DNA from: the human T2T-CHM13v2.0 reference genome, Homo sapiens
Length of the DNA: 64,000 bases
NCBI RefSeq assembly: GCF_009914755.1
Contig: NC_060926.1
Strand: one strand, 5' to 3'
Part shown: positions 1 through 14,156 of the stretch, one piece after another
Layout of the letters: each line of letters starts with the position of its first letter
How positions within the stretch are numbered: position 1 is the first letter of the stretch
Translations under genes and position numbers: made by a program
Notes under the pieces: model-generated
Seen by the model: only the letters and a program-made list of their open reading frames with translations
Told to the model about the DNA's origin: nothing
The model's database searches: none

Positions 1-960
1 GGGAGAGAGCAAGCAAGCAGATTTCCAAAGTTAAACATGAGAGGCTGATTATTCATTTACATCATCTCCTCTGAAAACCCCATTAAGATGGGAGTAAGGG
101 GATAATACAAACATAAACTCATGAAGACAAAGAGACCCAGAGAGAGGACATCGAGGACAAGAGAGTTGATCCAAGTTTTGAAGGCGGGAAGTGGATGGAA
201 GGGTGGAATTGTAAGAGCAGAGAAAGCTCCAACCCCGACACTGGCAGAAAGCACCATCCACCAGAAGCTAGACACTCACCCTCAGAACCTGGGAGCCGCA
301 GGCCTTGCTCAGGCCAGAGACTGGAGAGGAGGCACTCACCTGCTTAGGGTCAGCTATTCCCCTCTGAGGACAAGTCACCTCCCCAGAACAAGACACGTGG
401 CAATGGTAGAACCCACAAGCTCCATCCCCTCAGCCTTGGTGAGTCACTCCAGCCCCCAGCCTCCTCTCCCTCTCTTACACCTCAAGCCTTCTAGCAAAAT
501 TTCCCTGACTCTCGAAGGCTTTCAGGGAAAACCGAAATAATCTGTCTTCAAGCTGCTCTACTTTCAAGTGTATAAGCAACCCTGGGCCAAGACACTGAAA
601 AAGCCAACATGTTGGAAAGAGAGGAAGAGAGAATACAGAGAGAATTGCTGGCTCTAGAAACTACTCTGTCCCTTTGACTTGGAGCCCGAGGAAGGCCAGT
701 TACCAGGACCTTTGCAGGCAGGTCCCAACGCATTTCTAGCAAACACGGGGGCCTTAAGGCTGCAGAATGTGCGCTATGTCAGGAGGTCTCATGCAGCCAG
801 AAGGTAGGGACATACTGTACTCTGCCTCAAATCAGCCTTCTTAAGATTCTACTCTCCTGTGGTTTAGCTTCTGTGTTCCATCTGGCACTTAACCAAGTCT
901 CCTTGACATCTTAGTCTGGAAGCGTCTACCAGCTGTGGTGTCTGCATTAAAGCCCAGGGT

Positions 961-1290
<330 letters not shown>

Positions 1291-2102
1291 TTAGACACCA
1301 AGGGGGTCCACAGAGCTATAAAGAGACCCTGCCACTTTAGACCTTGTCTCAGGCCCCGCTCGTAGCCCCAACTCAGCCCTCTGCCGGTAGTAGTTCTCTG
1401 CTGTCAGCCACACCCAGCTAAGCCAGGAAGAGAGACCACAGAGGCACCGCTCTGCACCAGGGCAGACTGGTTTTTATTCTGTCTGCTGCCTTAAAGTGAG
1501 ATTTCTTAATTTTTAAAATAACCTAGAAACAAACATAGGGTTTTGTACACTATCCAAAGAGTTACTGGCATTGCCTAATTATGTGTGAGAACATTCAGTC
1601 TTCAGAAGGGAAGAGGGACATTCCCTCTGCAAAGTAATTCCTGCGTCCCTGCCCCTGCATGGGAGTCACCATTTGACCCCAAAGCTCTGGGCACTGCTTA
1701 CAGGCTCACATATGCCCAAGCTAAAGGACAGCTTCCAAGCCCCTCCACCAAGCAGAAGAACGTCTCCCTGCAATTGGTTTGAGAAGGAATTTTTTAAGCA
1801 CCTCACCTGGGCCAAATGGAGGAGGCTGCCTATCAATTGTTGTACTAGGAAGCATTTAACACAGAAGCCATAGAAACCGGCTCACGACCTTTCAACCTTC
1901 AGCTTTAAGGAATCCTCAACAAATATACAGGGACGTTTTCCAAAGCGTTGACACATTATTAGTCTTCTTTTTAGAAATGGCCCATCATTAAATAGAGTGG
2001 TATAAAAGAAAAAGAAGGAAATAAGACTATAGAGGTAAAACTGACTAAAGTTAGGTATTGGCTTTGAAATAATTAAGCATTGACTTTTAAAATAAAATTT
2101 TA

Positions 2103-2513
<411 letters not shown>

Positions 2514-3394
2514 CTAACTTACAGGGGGTCAAACCTATTGAACACAGTCCTTAACAAATGACTGACACCGGCTCGGCCTCATCAGTTCCCAGGCCCAGAC
2601 AGACTCTGCTACCACCTGGTGGCTGAAGGGTAGGCAAAGGCGGACAAGTGCAGAGCCACTCCACCTGACCTGCAGCCTGGACTTCTCCGCGTAACGAGGC
2701 TCTGCTAGTATGGCAGGAAAGGTGTCATACCGAGGAGAAGCTGCTCGGCAAGATGTAAAGATGAACGGCTGGGCATTAATCGGCTGGTGCCTGGCAGGTA
2801 TCTAGAATATTCTAACTACAAAACCTGCCTTTGCAAGATTTTTCTTCCCAGAGATTCTATTTCCTTGAACAAGCTGTGTATCCATTCATTCTACCACCTC
2901 ACTCCACCCCATCCCACCTGAAGCAAGTTACAGCCAGAGAATAGTGAAAGGGACGGCTTTATCCTTATAGAAAGGAAATTTAAAGTGCCGGCTGTTGTTA
3001 ATGAGCCCATTACTCCTAATTGGGGAAAATTGCAACCAGAAGAAAGGGGATATGTCAGGGAAACATGTGACAGGTAATGTGCTCAGGGCTGGCTGAATCC
3101 AAGGGCAAGGCACCTCGGGAAATGAAATGGGAAGAGAAGGTTCTTGGAAAATAAAAAACGAGTCCTTCCCTGGGTCCAAGAACACTGCTGGGTGGTGTGG
3201 TTGGAGCTGACAGGTGGAGGGGGAGAACGGGCAGCAGCCGGACACCCCTGCCTTGTAGGAAGAGGCCTGGCTCCACTGCCTAGCACTCATGGGGGACAAC
3301 CTCCTATTCAGTGTCTAAATGTTCTCTCTGCGCGATGGGATTAGTAGTATTTCTTTGTAAAATAGCAGTGTAACAGAAATTATTCCCCAAAACA

Positions 3395-3600
3395 ATATGT
3401 TTAGTCAGGCACCGAGCTAGGTCACCTTAACAAAGTCACAGAGAAATTCTGGAAGGTCAGTGTTATCATCCCCACTTAACAGAGCCAGAAACTGAGACCT
3501 GGAGAGGCCAAGCAGCTCACCCAAGGTCACACCTCCAAGCTAGCAACAATGCCTGTGTTCTTCCAACCCCGGGCTGCCTATGTCCAAGCGGAGCTCTCTC
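3395..3600 (-). mobile_element. MIR fragment
   Basis: Core-like tgttatcatccccacttaacagagccagaaactgagac; boundaries approximate. Confidence 0.6.
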
Positions 3601-4288
3601 TTCCCACTCATGCTTGCCTAAAGCAAACACAGAAAGACAAATGATTCCAATATATGCAAAAGTGCACCATTTGCCTTTTCCAATTTGTATAATTTTAAAT
3701 GTCACCACAAGTTCACTTCTAGGTCACTTTTAAAACAAGCAACTTTGCTTTAAGGCAAGTGGGGAAAAAAATTCTGCCTTAATTTGTACAGTTGTACAAT
3801 CCACTGTTCAGTTTTCTACTCAGTTTTCCAGGGAACAGTTCAAACAGAAACAAATGACAATCTAGGACACTTATCTTGCCTATTGTGACTAACCACCACA
3901 GCGTTTGAGTTTTGTTTTGTTTTTTTTCCAGCTGGTAAAAAAGCCCTCACAGGAGGCTCAGGACCGCCTCCGGGCATACGCAGAGCCCTAGCGGCAGAAA
4001 AGAACTGTCAGCCGCATGAAAATGCAAGTGCAGCAGTGACCCGAGTCAGACCGACAAAAACAAACTAACTTTCAACACAGGTTTTCATCTCATTTCCTCA
4101 ACTCCATTTGAAACACATATGCACACAGGACTGCTGACCAATTATTCCAGAGCTCAGTCTATACCACTTTACACATCTGGATGACTAATTTCAACTAAAG
4201 AAACTCCTAGAGAGTGTATTCAGTCTACACAGATCTGTTAATACATTGCTATGGGATGAGCTTCAACAAGCTGTAAAGTTTCGCTTTA

Positions 4289-4630
<342 letters not shown>

Positions 4631-4649
4631 ATATAATTTTAAAGTCATT

Positions 4650-6950
4650 CTCTCATCCCAGAAACATCCCTGCTGGCCTATGAAGTGCCAGCCACTGTTC
4701 TATACATTGGAGACATTCTAATAGCAGAAGACGGAACAGAAAAGGATTTTTAAAAAAGTAAAACAGAGATAGACAAATGAGTTTTGCAAGGGCAAGCATT
4801 TGCTATTTTATCTAGGATAAGCAGAGAAGGCCTCTTTTATGGCATTTGAGCAGACAGCTGACAGAAAGGGAGAAAACCATGCAAAAAATGTAGAAAAGTC
4901 ACTGCAAACAGAGGGAAGAGCAAGTGCAAAGGCCCTGGGGCATGTGTATGTTTACCAGCTGGCCCTGGGGCGTGCATATGTTTGGTGTGCACCGGGAAGA
5001 GGACCAAGGCCAAGGTTCTTTCTCTGAGTAAGGGTTTTGAACTGAGGCATGACAGGATCTGACTCATGTTCTAGAAGAATCACTGTGATGGCTGGGTGAA
5101 GAATTGCAGCGGGGCAGGAATGAGAACGGGAAGAATTGTAGTGGGGTAGAAGTGAGAGAGAAGTGAAACCCAGTTGGAAGGAAGGTGACTGCAATAGTCC
5201 AGGTAAGAATGGTGGTGCCTTGGACCCAGTGGTAGCAGTGAAAAAGGTGAGAGGCGCCTGGGCCCTGGATATACTCTGAACGCCCGTGGAGCAGACAGAA
5301 CTGGCTGATGGCCTGGCTGTGGGGGTAAAAGAAAAAAGAGATATATATCCAAGGTTTCTGGCCTAAACAAATGGAGGACTGGAGGTCATGTCCTTCAGTG
5401 GAGAAGACTGAGCATGGTCCACCCTCAGGGAGAAAGCTCAGAGGCTCAGCTGGAGTGTGTTATCATCTGAGGCATCTATCAGAGGATACCTATCAGCCAC
5501 CTCACCAGGGATGGGGAGCACCCAGCAGGGACTCCAGCGGGCAGCTGGGCTGTGGACTGAAATCCGGAGTCTGCAGCATTTAGTTGTTATTTAAAGCTGG
5601 GAGCACGCATGAGGTCATCTAGGGAGAAGATATAATTAGAGAAGTCAGAGGACCGAGCCCTGGGGCCTTCTACATTGTAAAGGATAAGGGATGAGGAAGA
5701 ACCAGCAAACGAGATGGGGAGGAGTGACCAGTGAAGCCAAGCGAAGCAAGTGTTGGCAAGAAGGGTGTCAGTTGATTCCATGTGTCCAGCACTGCTGAGA
5801 GGTGAAGCAATTCCAAGACAGAATCCTATTCCTGTGGCAACAGGAACCTTTGGTGACCTTGGCAAAAGCTGTCTCAGCAGAGTGCTGGACGGAAGCCCTC
5901 ATGGAGGAAAGAGGGTATGGAGAACTCGGTTCAGGAATTTGGCTGTGAAGGGAAGATGGGGCGGCTCTTGTGGTAGGGTTCGGAAGGGAGAGCTGTCCGT
6001 ATGCTGGTGGGGTGCAGAACTTGATGGTGTGGAAGAGGGAGGACAACGCTGAAGTGTGCTCATTGGTGTTCCAGAGGTGGGGAGCCCAGGCACGAGGGAG
6101 GACAGATAGCACTACTCGCTCGCCCACCCACACAGGAAGGCAGGTGAGGGACATGTCCGGGAGCAGGAGCATGTTGTCTAGGATGGCCCGAAGTGAAGAC
6201 AGCAGCTGGGAGTGAGAGGAGGGGTCTCAGAGTTGAGGGTCTAAAGGAACCTGGAGAGCGAGCGGAACTGCAGGGCAGCGTGAGGACCTGACTGCAGCTC
6301 AGCAGCCATGACCGACAGCGTGGCCAGTCAGCACTCGCCCTCCACCCCACCACGTGCAGTACAGCTAGCTGTTCAGGTGCAGGTGTAGAAGGCGGAGCGC
6401 GGCAGGGTTAGGCCTGGGGCCAGAGGGGTCCGGGCAGCAAGGGTCTAGGCAGAGATTGATGAGAAGGCATAGAGGACCTCAAGTCAGGGAGTGGGATAGT
6501 GAGAAGACAGCAGGATCAGTGAACGTGGGGGTTAAAGAGCCTTGGAGGGGGCACCAGAGGCAGAGAAATGGAAAGTCAGGAGACAGCAGTCAGAGAACGG
6601 GAGGTGGATATTGAGACGGTGTTGTGGACTAGGGTGCAGTTATTAATGACTACGGCAAAGGTGTGCCTCCAGGAGGAGGTGGCTGAGACAGAGACGACAA
6701 GAAAGTTGCAGTGAGTTCTTCAATGACCTAAGAGGCCCCAGGGTACAGGAAGGTTTGTCTATGTCTATCCTGAATTACGAGAGATAGCTGCGGTCAGCCA
6801 GGAGCTAAAATCATCAGGTAATAAGGGAGAGTGGCACAGGGCCTGCAGGTGTCGGCAACAAGGTTAGGGGACGGCAATAATGTATAGTCCGATGGCATAA
6901 GCCTCAAGGTCACAGGATGGAGGGAGGAGGAAGGGGCACTGATCAGGAAA
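4650..6950 (-). mobile_element. Long degraded LINE-2 fragment(s)
   Basis: Purine-rich plus strand with L2-typical motifs (gtccaggtaag...gccttgga...gtggtagcagtg; ccaaggtttctggcct; ttggtgaccttggcaa). Explains the many short ORFs here; edges approximate. Confidence 0.7.
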
Positions 6951-8489
6951 TTAAATGAGGTTGTTGTGCTTTGCTAAACAGAATTAACACTGAGTGGATT
7001 GAAGATGACAGCTCCCGATCTTACTGCTCTCATTCCCCACCAAATCAGAGATGGAGGGGAAGAAGCCCTCACCACCCTCCATCCCTGCCACTTGCCTTAG
7101 TCCTGTGAAGGAGTCACAGCCTTAAGAGTGCTCTGGTGACTGCTTTGATCGACCAGATTTGATAGATCACAAGAATGCCATTATGGACGACAGTTTTTTT
7201 CCTGTGTATTGGACATAATAGAAATGAAGTTAAAACCAAAAGCTTGAGTCTCTAAGGCAGCATTCCCAAAACGGTCTGCCCTTACCTATTTTGAAAGAGT
7301 CACATGACTTCATCCGGGACCTGAAATGGATTTTCTCCATCTTAAAATCTCATGGCCTACGAATGACATTATTCACTGAACACTCATCCAAAGTGGCAGC
7401 AGCACGGAATGGAGGAGGGTCACTGCTCCCTAACAAATCACACCGTCGAGCAGCACAACACACATCCTGTATGTTTAAGTCATGACAACTATATGACCCT
7501 CTCGCTGACTAATGATCAACAAATGAGCCTCCAAAGGCCATTATCGAAACTCTTATGCTCATATTCTAGCCCAAAATGCACATTTGGGGATGGGGAAAGT
7601 GGTCTCAGGTCTGATTCATTGAATAAATATATCTCCTTTGATGGAAAGAAATGACAAATGTCGTGCCTTCCTCTTCCACTCCTATAAATGCTAGAAGTGC
7701 AGAGTGAAAGGTACAGAGTGGCCATGAGATGCATACTGTGGCTTCACGTGAGAGATGGGTTCTTTCCAGGCCTGCAGACAGAAAGGCCCACTGTCTTGAT
7801 GGTGGAGTTCAAAATATTAACCTCAGACCAATCAAGTCAATATTCCACTTCAATTAGCTTTGCTACTCTGAGCAATCATGAGAGTTTCTGAAAGCAAAAT
7901 GAGGTGAAACTGCCCAGAACCAATAATCAGAGCCCTTCTCCCAACACACATGCATGCATACATGTATGCATGTGTACACGTACAGTGAGAAAAAGATGAC
8001 AAGATTGCTGGACAACTTCTCTAGTGGGCAGAGGGGTCCCAAGTACAGATCCTTGGACACTCAGGCCCACGATGCCCCAATATGCATTAGCAGAAATGGG
8101 GAAGCCCCTGCTCTTCCCCCTTGTCCCCAGCAATCAGCAGAAGGTTTCCAAAGGGGCTCAGGCCAGGCCAGTTCTCTGGGTGTCCAAATAGGCAGGAACA
8201 TCACCATCTCTCCTGCCTGTGTCTGGGGCAGGCAGAAAAAGAAGGAAAAGAAAACCCGTTTGCTACGGCAAAGAAGTTCCTCAAAGTCACATGAAACCTG
8301 GCCCAACTCGTGGGACCAGGGCCCAAGTGTTCCTTTGGCAAAGGCAAGTTCTCTTCAAAGGAGAATAGAAAAATGCCTGTAAAGGGGCGCCAACAATGCA
8401 GATGGGGAACTGTCTCTTGGCTGTGGTTGACCACCTTTCTACCATGTTTCTCCTAGTGCCCAACTCCCTTTGTTTTCAAAGAGTGGCAG

Positions 8490-8850
8490 AAAGTAGGATT
8501 TGAAGCCAGAAGAGACCTGCTCTTTGACTTATCAGATCTTAGGCCTTGGACAAGTGGCTTAATCTCTGAGGGTGAGGGTTCCTTGCTCCAAAATGAAGTT
8601 GCTGCTGCTGCACTCACTCTCACAATAAGTACCCGAAGACATGTAATAAGTGCTCACTTCCTGCTAGGCTCTGTCCGTAAGTGCCTTGTAGGCAATGTCC
8701 CACTTGATCACAAAACTCTGCAAAGTGGCCCTTATTATCTCCTCCATCTCACAGATGGGGAAACCAGGACTCCTCAGAGCTCTAGCACAGTCTACTGTGT
8801 GGATTAAATGAGATAATATAAAATACATACAGTGTCTGACACACAATGGT
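8490..8850 (+). mobile_element. MIR fragments
   Basis: ccttggacaagtggcttaatctctgag and attaaatgagataatata motifs; possibly several pieces in mixed orientation. Confidence 0.6.
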
Positions 8851-9061
8851 GATTTTTTAAAAAATGAGACTTCTCAACCATCTTTAAGAGAGTGATCATG
8901 CTTTGAAATGCATAACATGACAATGCTTTAAAATGCATACCTATATGTTTAAATAACATATGTGCAAAAAAAGAAAAAAAGGTCTGAAAGTATGCTCACC
9001 AAGCTATGCAAAGGAGTGACCTTGCAAGAAGAGGATTTTTACTTTTTTTTAATCTTCAGAA

Positions 9062-9350
<289 letters not shown>

Positions 9351-9539
9351 CCAGAATTGGTTGTTTTAACAAGCAAATGTGACTTAAAACACATGAAAAA
9401 GCTCAGAAACTCTAAAAAATAGACATAGAAAAAATAACCTAGATGGAAATATGTCAAAATGTTCATGGCAATTGCCTGATGGATTTTTTCTGCTTCTTTT
9501 GATTTCTATACATGTTTTGGTTTTGTTTTTACTAATTCA

Positions 9540-9662
9540 TTTTTTATGAGACAGGGTCTCACTATGTTGCCCAGGCTGGTGTCAAACTCCTAGGCTCAAG
9601 CAATCCGCCCCCCTCAGCCTCCTGAGTAGCTGAAACTATAGGCATGCATCACCACACCTGGC
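9540..9662 (-). mobile_element. Alu monomer (FLAM-like)
   Basis: gagacagggtctcactatgttgcccaggctgg... single arm. Confidence 0.85.
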
Positions 9663-9699
9663 TTGCTTTTAGTCATTCTTAACACAAATACATTCTCCT

Positions 9700-11050
<1,351 letters not shown>

Positions 11051-11054
11051 TTTA

Positions 11055-11195
11055 TTGTAAACACAACAGAAATGTCTTTTCTCATAGCTGTGGAGGCTAC
11101 AAGTCTGAAATCCAGGTGTCAGCAGGGCTCTGCTCCCTCTGCAGGCTCTAGGGAACAATCCTTCTTTGCCTCTTCTAGTTTCTGGTGGTTGCTGT
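11055..11195 (-). mobile_element. MaLR MLT1 LTR fragment
   Basis: caacagaaatg...ggaggctacaagtctgaaatccaggtgtcagcagggc is typical of MLT1. Confidence 0.7.
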
Positions 11196-11589
11196 TGATA
11201 CATTTATTTTTGATTTTTTTTCTGTATTTATAAGTGAAAATACTCTATATGTACCTTTTATAAGAAAAATACATACCAAAAAAGGTACTATACATACATA
11301 TTTTTGCATTATCTACTTAAAAATGCACAGGTAAAGATATGCTTAATTTTATATTTTAAAAAAGCCTGGTATGCAAATTGAATGCGTGCAAAGCAAACAA
11401 ATGGAATATGTTTTAACCTCTACTTATTGAGTTCCCTATTTGGATTACTGCTGCCATCATTAATCCAGCCACTCAACTCCAGCAAGAATCACTGAAGTCT
11501 CCATTCCTTCCTCCCCACACTATCCCCGTCCAGGCATTCACCAGGTCCCAAACATTCTAAGGTCATTCTACCTCAGGTCTCCACTGGGA

Positions 11590-11800
11590 GGCTGCAGGAT
11601 GGAATGGGGGAAGTCAGGATTTTAAGACAGATTTGGTTCCAATCCCATTGCACATGACTGCATTCTCTTGAGCAAATAACTTTACCTCTCTGGGCCCCAA
11701 TTTCTTCATCTATAAATATACATGCTACCATTGAAGAACTGTGGTAAAAGTCAAATGAGATAACATATGTAAATTAACTACCACACCATATTTGCCACGG
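11590..11800 (+). mobile_element. MIR
   Basis: ttgagcaaataactttacctctctgggccccaatttcttcatctataaa...aaatgagataac. Confidence 0.7.
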
Positions 11801-12113
11801 AACGCACGATCACATGGTAACACCAAGAACCTCCCCAATCCTCTTCTTCCCCTCGGCCCCTGCCCTAGGCCAGGCCTTCCAAACTTCACCTGCTCAATGA
11901 TGTCTTCTAGTCTTTCTGCCACCTGGACATTGCTGACAAAGCTCACTTTCTAAAATATAAATGGAATCAAATACCTCTTTAAATCATGCTACTGGCTCCC
12001 ATCTACCTACTAGATACCGTTCTAACTCCTTAGCATGACTTGTAAGGCCTACCTCAACCTACCTTTCTGGCCTTATCTTCCTCTACTCTGTTCCATGTAC
12101 TTTACACTCCTGT

Positions 12114-12472
12114 ATAGATGCTCCTCAACTTACAATGGGGTTAGTCCCAATAAACTCATTGTTGGTTGAAAATATTATCTAAGTGAAAAATGCATTTAAT
12201 ACACCTAACCTATCAAACATTGCATTAGCTTAATCTACCTTACATATGCTCAGAACATTTACATTAGCCTAGAGTTGGGCAAAATCATCTACCACAAAGC
12301 TGATTTTATTGTAAAGTATTAAATATTTCATGTAATTTATTGAATACTGCACTGAAAGTGGAAAACATAATGGCTGTATGAGTACTCAGTGTTTCTACTG
12401 AATGCCTACTGCTTTCATACCACTATAAGGTCGAAACATCATTAAGTTGCACCATCTATAAAAGTCAGGGAC
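12114..12472 (+). mobile_element. TcMar-Tigger MITE (MER47A-like)
   Basis: Starts tagatgctcctcaacttacaatggggtt; internal aaaatgcatttaatacacctaacc and gttgggcaaaatcatct match MER47A as remembered. Confidence 0.8.
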
Positions 12473-12628
12473 ACTAAAATTTGCGCTTTCTCCTGAAACC
12501 TCAAGCTCTTTCACAGTCCTTTGCCTTTGTGTATGCTATTCCCTCTTCCAGAAAGCCTTTCCCTTCTTTTCTTCTAAGCAAAAATTCCCATTCAATCTTC
12601 TAAGACACAGCTCAACTGGTACTTCTTA

Positions 12629-12631
<3 letters not shown>

Positions 12632-12666
<35 letters not shown>
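12632..12666. repeat. (CA)n microsatellite
   Basis: Direct reading. Confidence 0.95.
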
Positions 12667-12667
<1 letters not shown>

Positions 12668-13021
12668 CTAATTTCTGTCAACAATGCTCTGATGGCAGCT
12701 TTTTCTGCTATTCTTAAAATCATTTGCTTGTACTATGTCTTTCTCCATTCACTGAGGCAAAAACTGGGTCTTATTTTCCTCTTTATTAACTCCCCCAAAA
12801 CTACATCATCTGTGTATTCAACACTTTGCTCCTGAATGAAACAATGAATAAAATAAGTAGAATTTATCTTAAAGAAGACCCTATTAACTTTTTCAACAAA
12901 GCAAGGCATCTTCTAATCATGTTAATCAGAGTTTCAAAGTTGATTTGTTAAGAAATCATAGGTTTTCTTAAGTTAGACGTGACCATAATGAAACCAATTT
13001 GCCCTCCTGGCAACTCTGAGG

Positions 13022-13177
13022 ACTCAAGGAGCAATGGCAGAGGCGGCTAAGCCCTCCGGCACTCAGGGAGCAATGGCAGAGCTGGCTAAGCTCTCCGGCA
13101 CTCAGGGAGCAATGGCAGAACTGGCTAAGCTCTCCAGGACTCAGGGAGCAATGGCAGAGCTAGCTAAGCTCTCCAGG
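13022..13177. repeat. Minisatellite, 4 copies of a 39-bp unit (ACTCAGGGAGCAATGGCAGAGCTGGCTAAGCTCTCCGGC)
   Basis: Unit starts at 13022, 13061, 13100 and 13139; a few substitutions, no indels. Confidence 0.95.
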
Positions 13178-13801
13178 AGTTCTGATTAAATGCAGCCTGA
13201 CTGAAAGGCCTCTGAAATAAGGACTCCACAGGTGCTGGCGGTCAGCCATAATCAGGAACCACAAGTATTATATTATTTAGAAGGAATGTATCTTCCAGGA
13301 CATAGACTTGTTCTCAATGAACAATTTTCTTCCAGAAGTGCAAGCATCCTGCCGCTTCCTCTCTCCAAATAAATGAGTTTGATTCTATGATAGTTTCTTC
13401 CTGAAGATGGAAAACACAGCTCAAGAAAGAAAAGAAAAAAAAAAATCAGCAACATTATTTGTATAGGCTGCAATACTTTAAAAAAAAAAAAAAAGTAACC
13501 TTCCTACATCATAAAACCTCCCTAAAATATACACAATTCAATTGCACATATGGTGGTATGTATCACACACCCTGAGCTAAAAGGTAGCCATGAAGGTCAA
13601 GAAACTCAGAATTTCTGGTAGCCACAGACAGAAACAGTTGCTCTAATTAGAAACTACAGAAAAAATATACAATAAACAGTATGATCTTAGTCTTAGAATC
13701 TTTTTAAGGAACTCTACATGCAAGTCACAAAAATAATTCCTAATTTTAGAAAACAAATTATAATTTAAGAATCAATATTCCACAATAATTTTTAATAACA
13801 A

Positions 13802-13807
13802 TTTATT
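13802..13807 (-). terminator. Probable C2orf76 polyadenylation signal (AATAAA)
   Basis: tttatt on the plus strand, ~230 nt past the stop codon, followed on the minus strand by U/GU-rich sequence. Confidence 0.7.
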
Positions 13808-14036
13808 TCCCTTTAAAAAGATCAAATGTTTTTCTCATAATATATTATTTTACAACAACAAAGAAAAAGAAAGAGAGAAGGAAAGAAAGACCTGAAGAGA
13901 AAGAAATAACCAGATTTTAGCTCAAAGAGTATAGCCTGGGATTAATTTTTTAAGATTTGTTTGTCAATTTCAAAAACTCAGCAGTGGAATAAAGAGCTTA
14001 ATACAGGTATGCAAAAAGGAAGCCCTCGAGATGTTT

Positions 14037-14156
<120 letters not shown>

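Larger units (their letters stand above)
11860..12850 (+). mobile_element. LINE-2 3' fragment, interrupted by a Tigger MITE and (CA)n
   Basis: ctactggctcccatc...ctccttagcatg, tttgcctttgtgtatgctattccctc, ends tgaatgaaacaatgaat. Confidence 0.6.

Noticed and set aside
121-540. 139-aa plus-strand ORF
   Set aside because: No recognisable domain or exon partners; consistent with a chance ORF in moderately GC-rich flank.
4837-6353. Cluster of overlapping 60-134-aa ORFs on both strands
   Set aside because: They lie in a degraded L2 element; no coherent frame.
7954-8382. 142-aa ORF with a basic KKKEKK patch
   Set aside because: Starts in a low-complexity CATG repeat; the basic patch comes from an A-rich run; no homology recognised.
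13022-13177. Regular 39-bp periodicity resembling a CRISPR array
   Set aside because: Units are contiguous with no unique spacers, there are no cas genes and the DNA is primate: it is a minisatellite.
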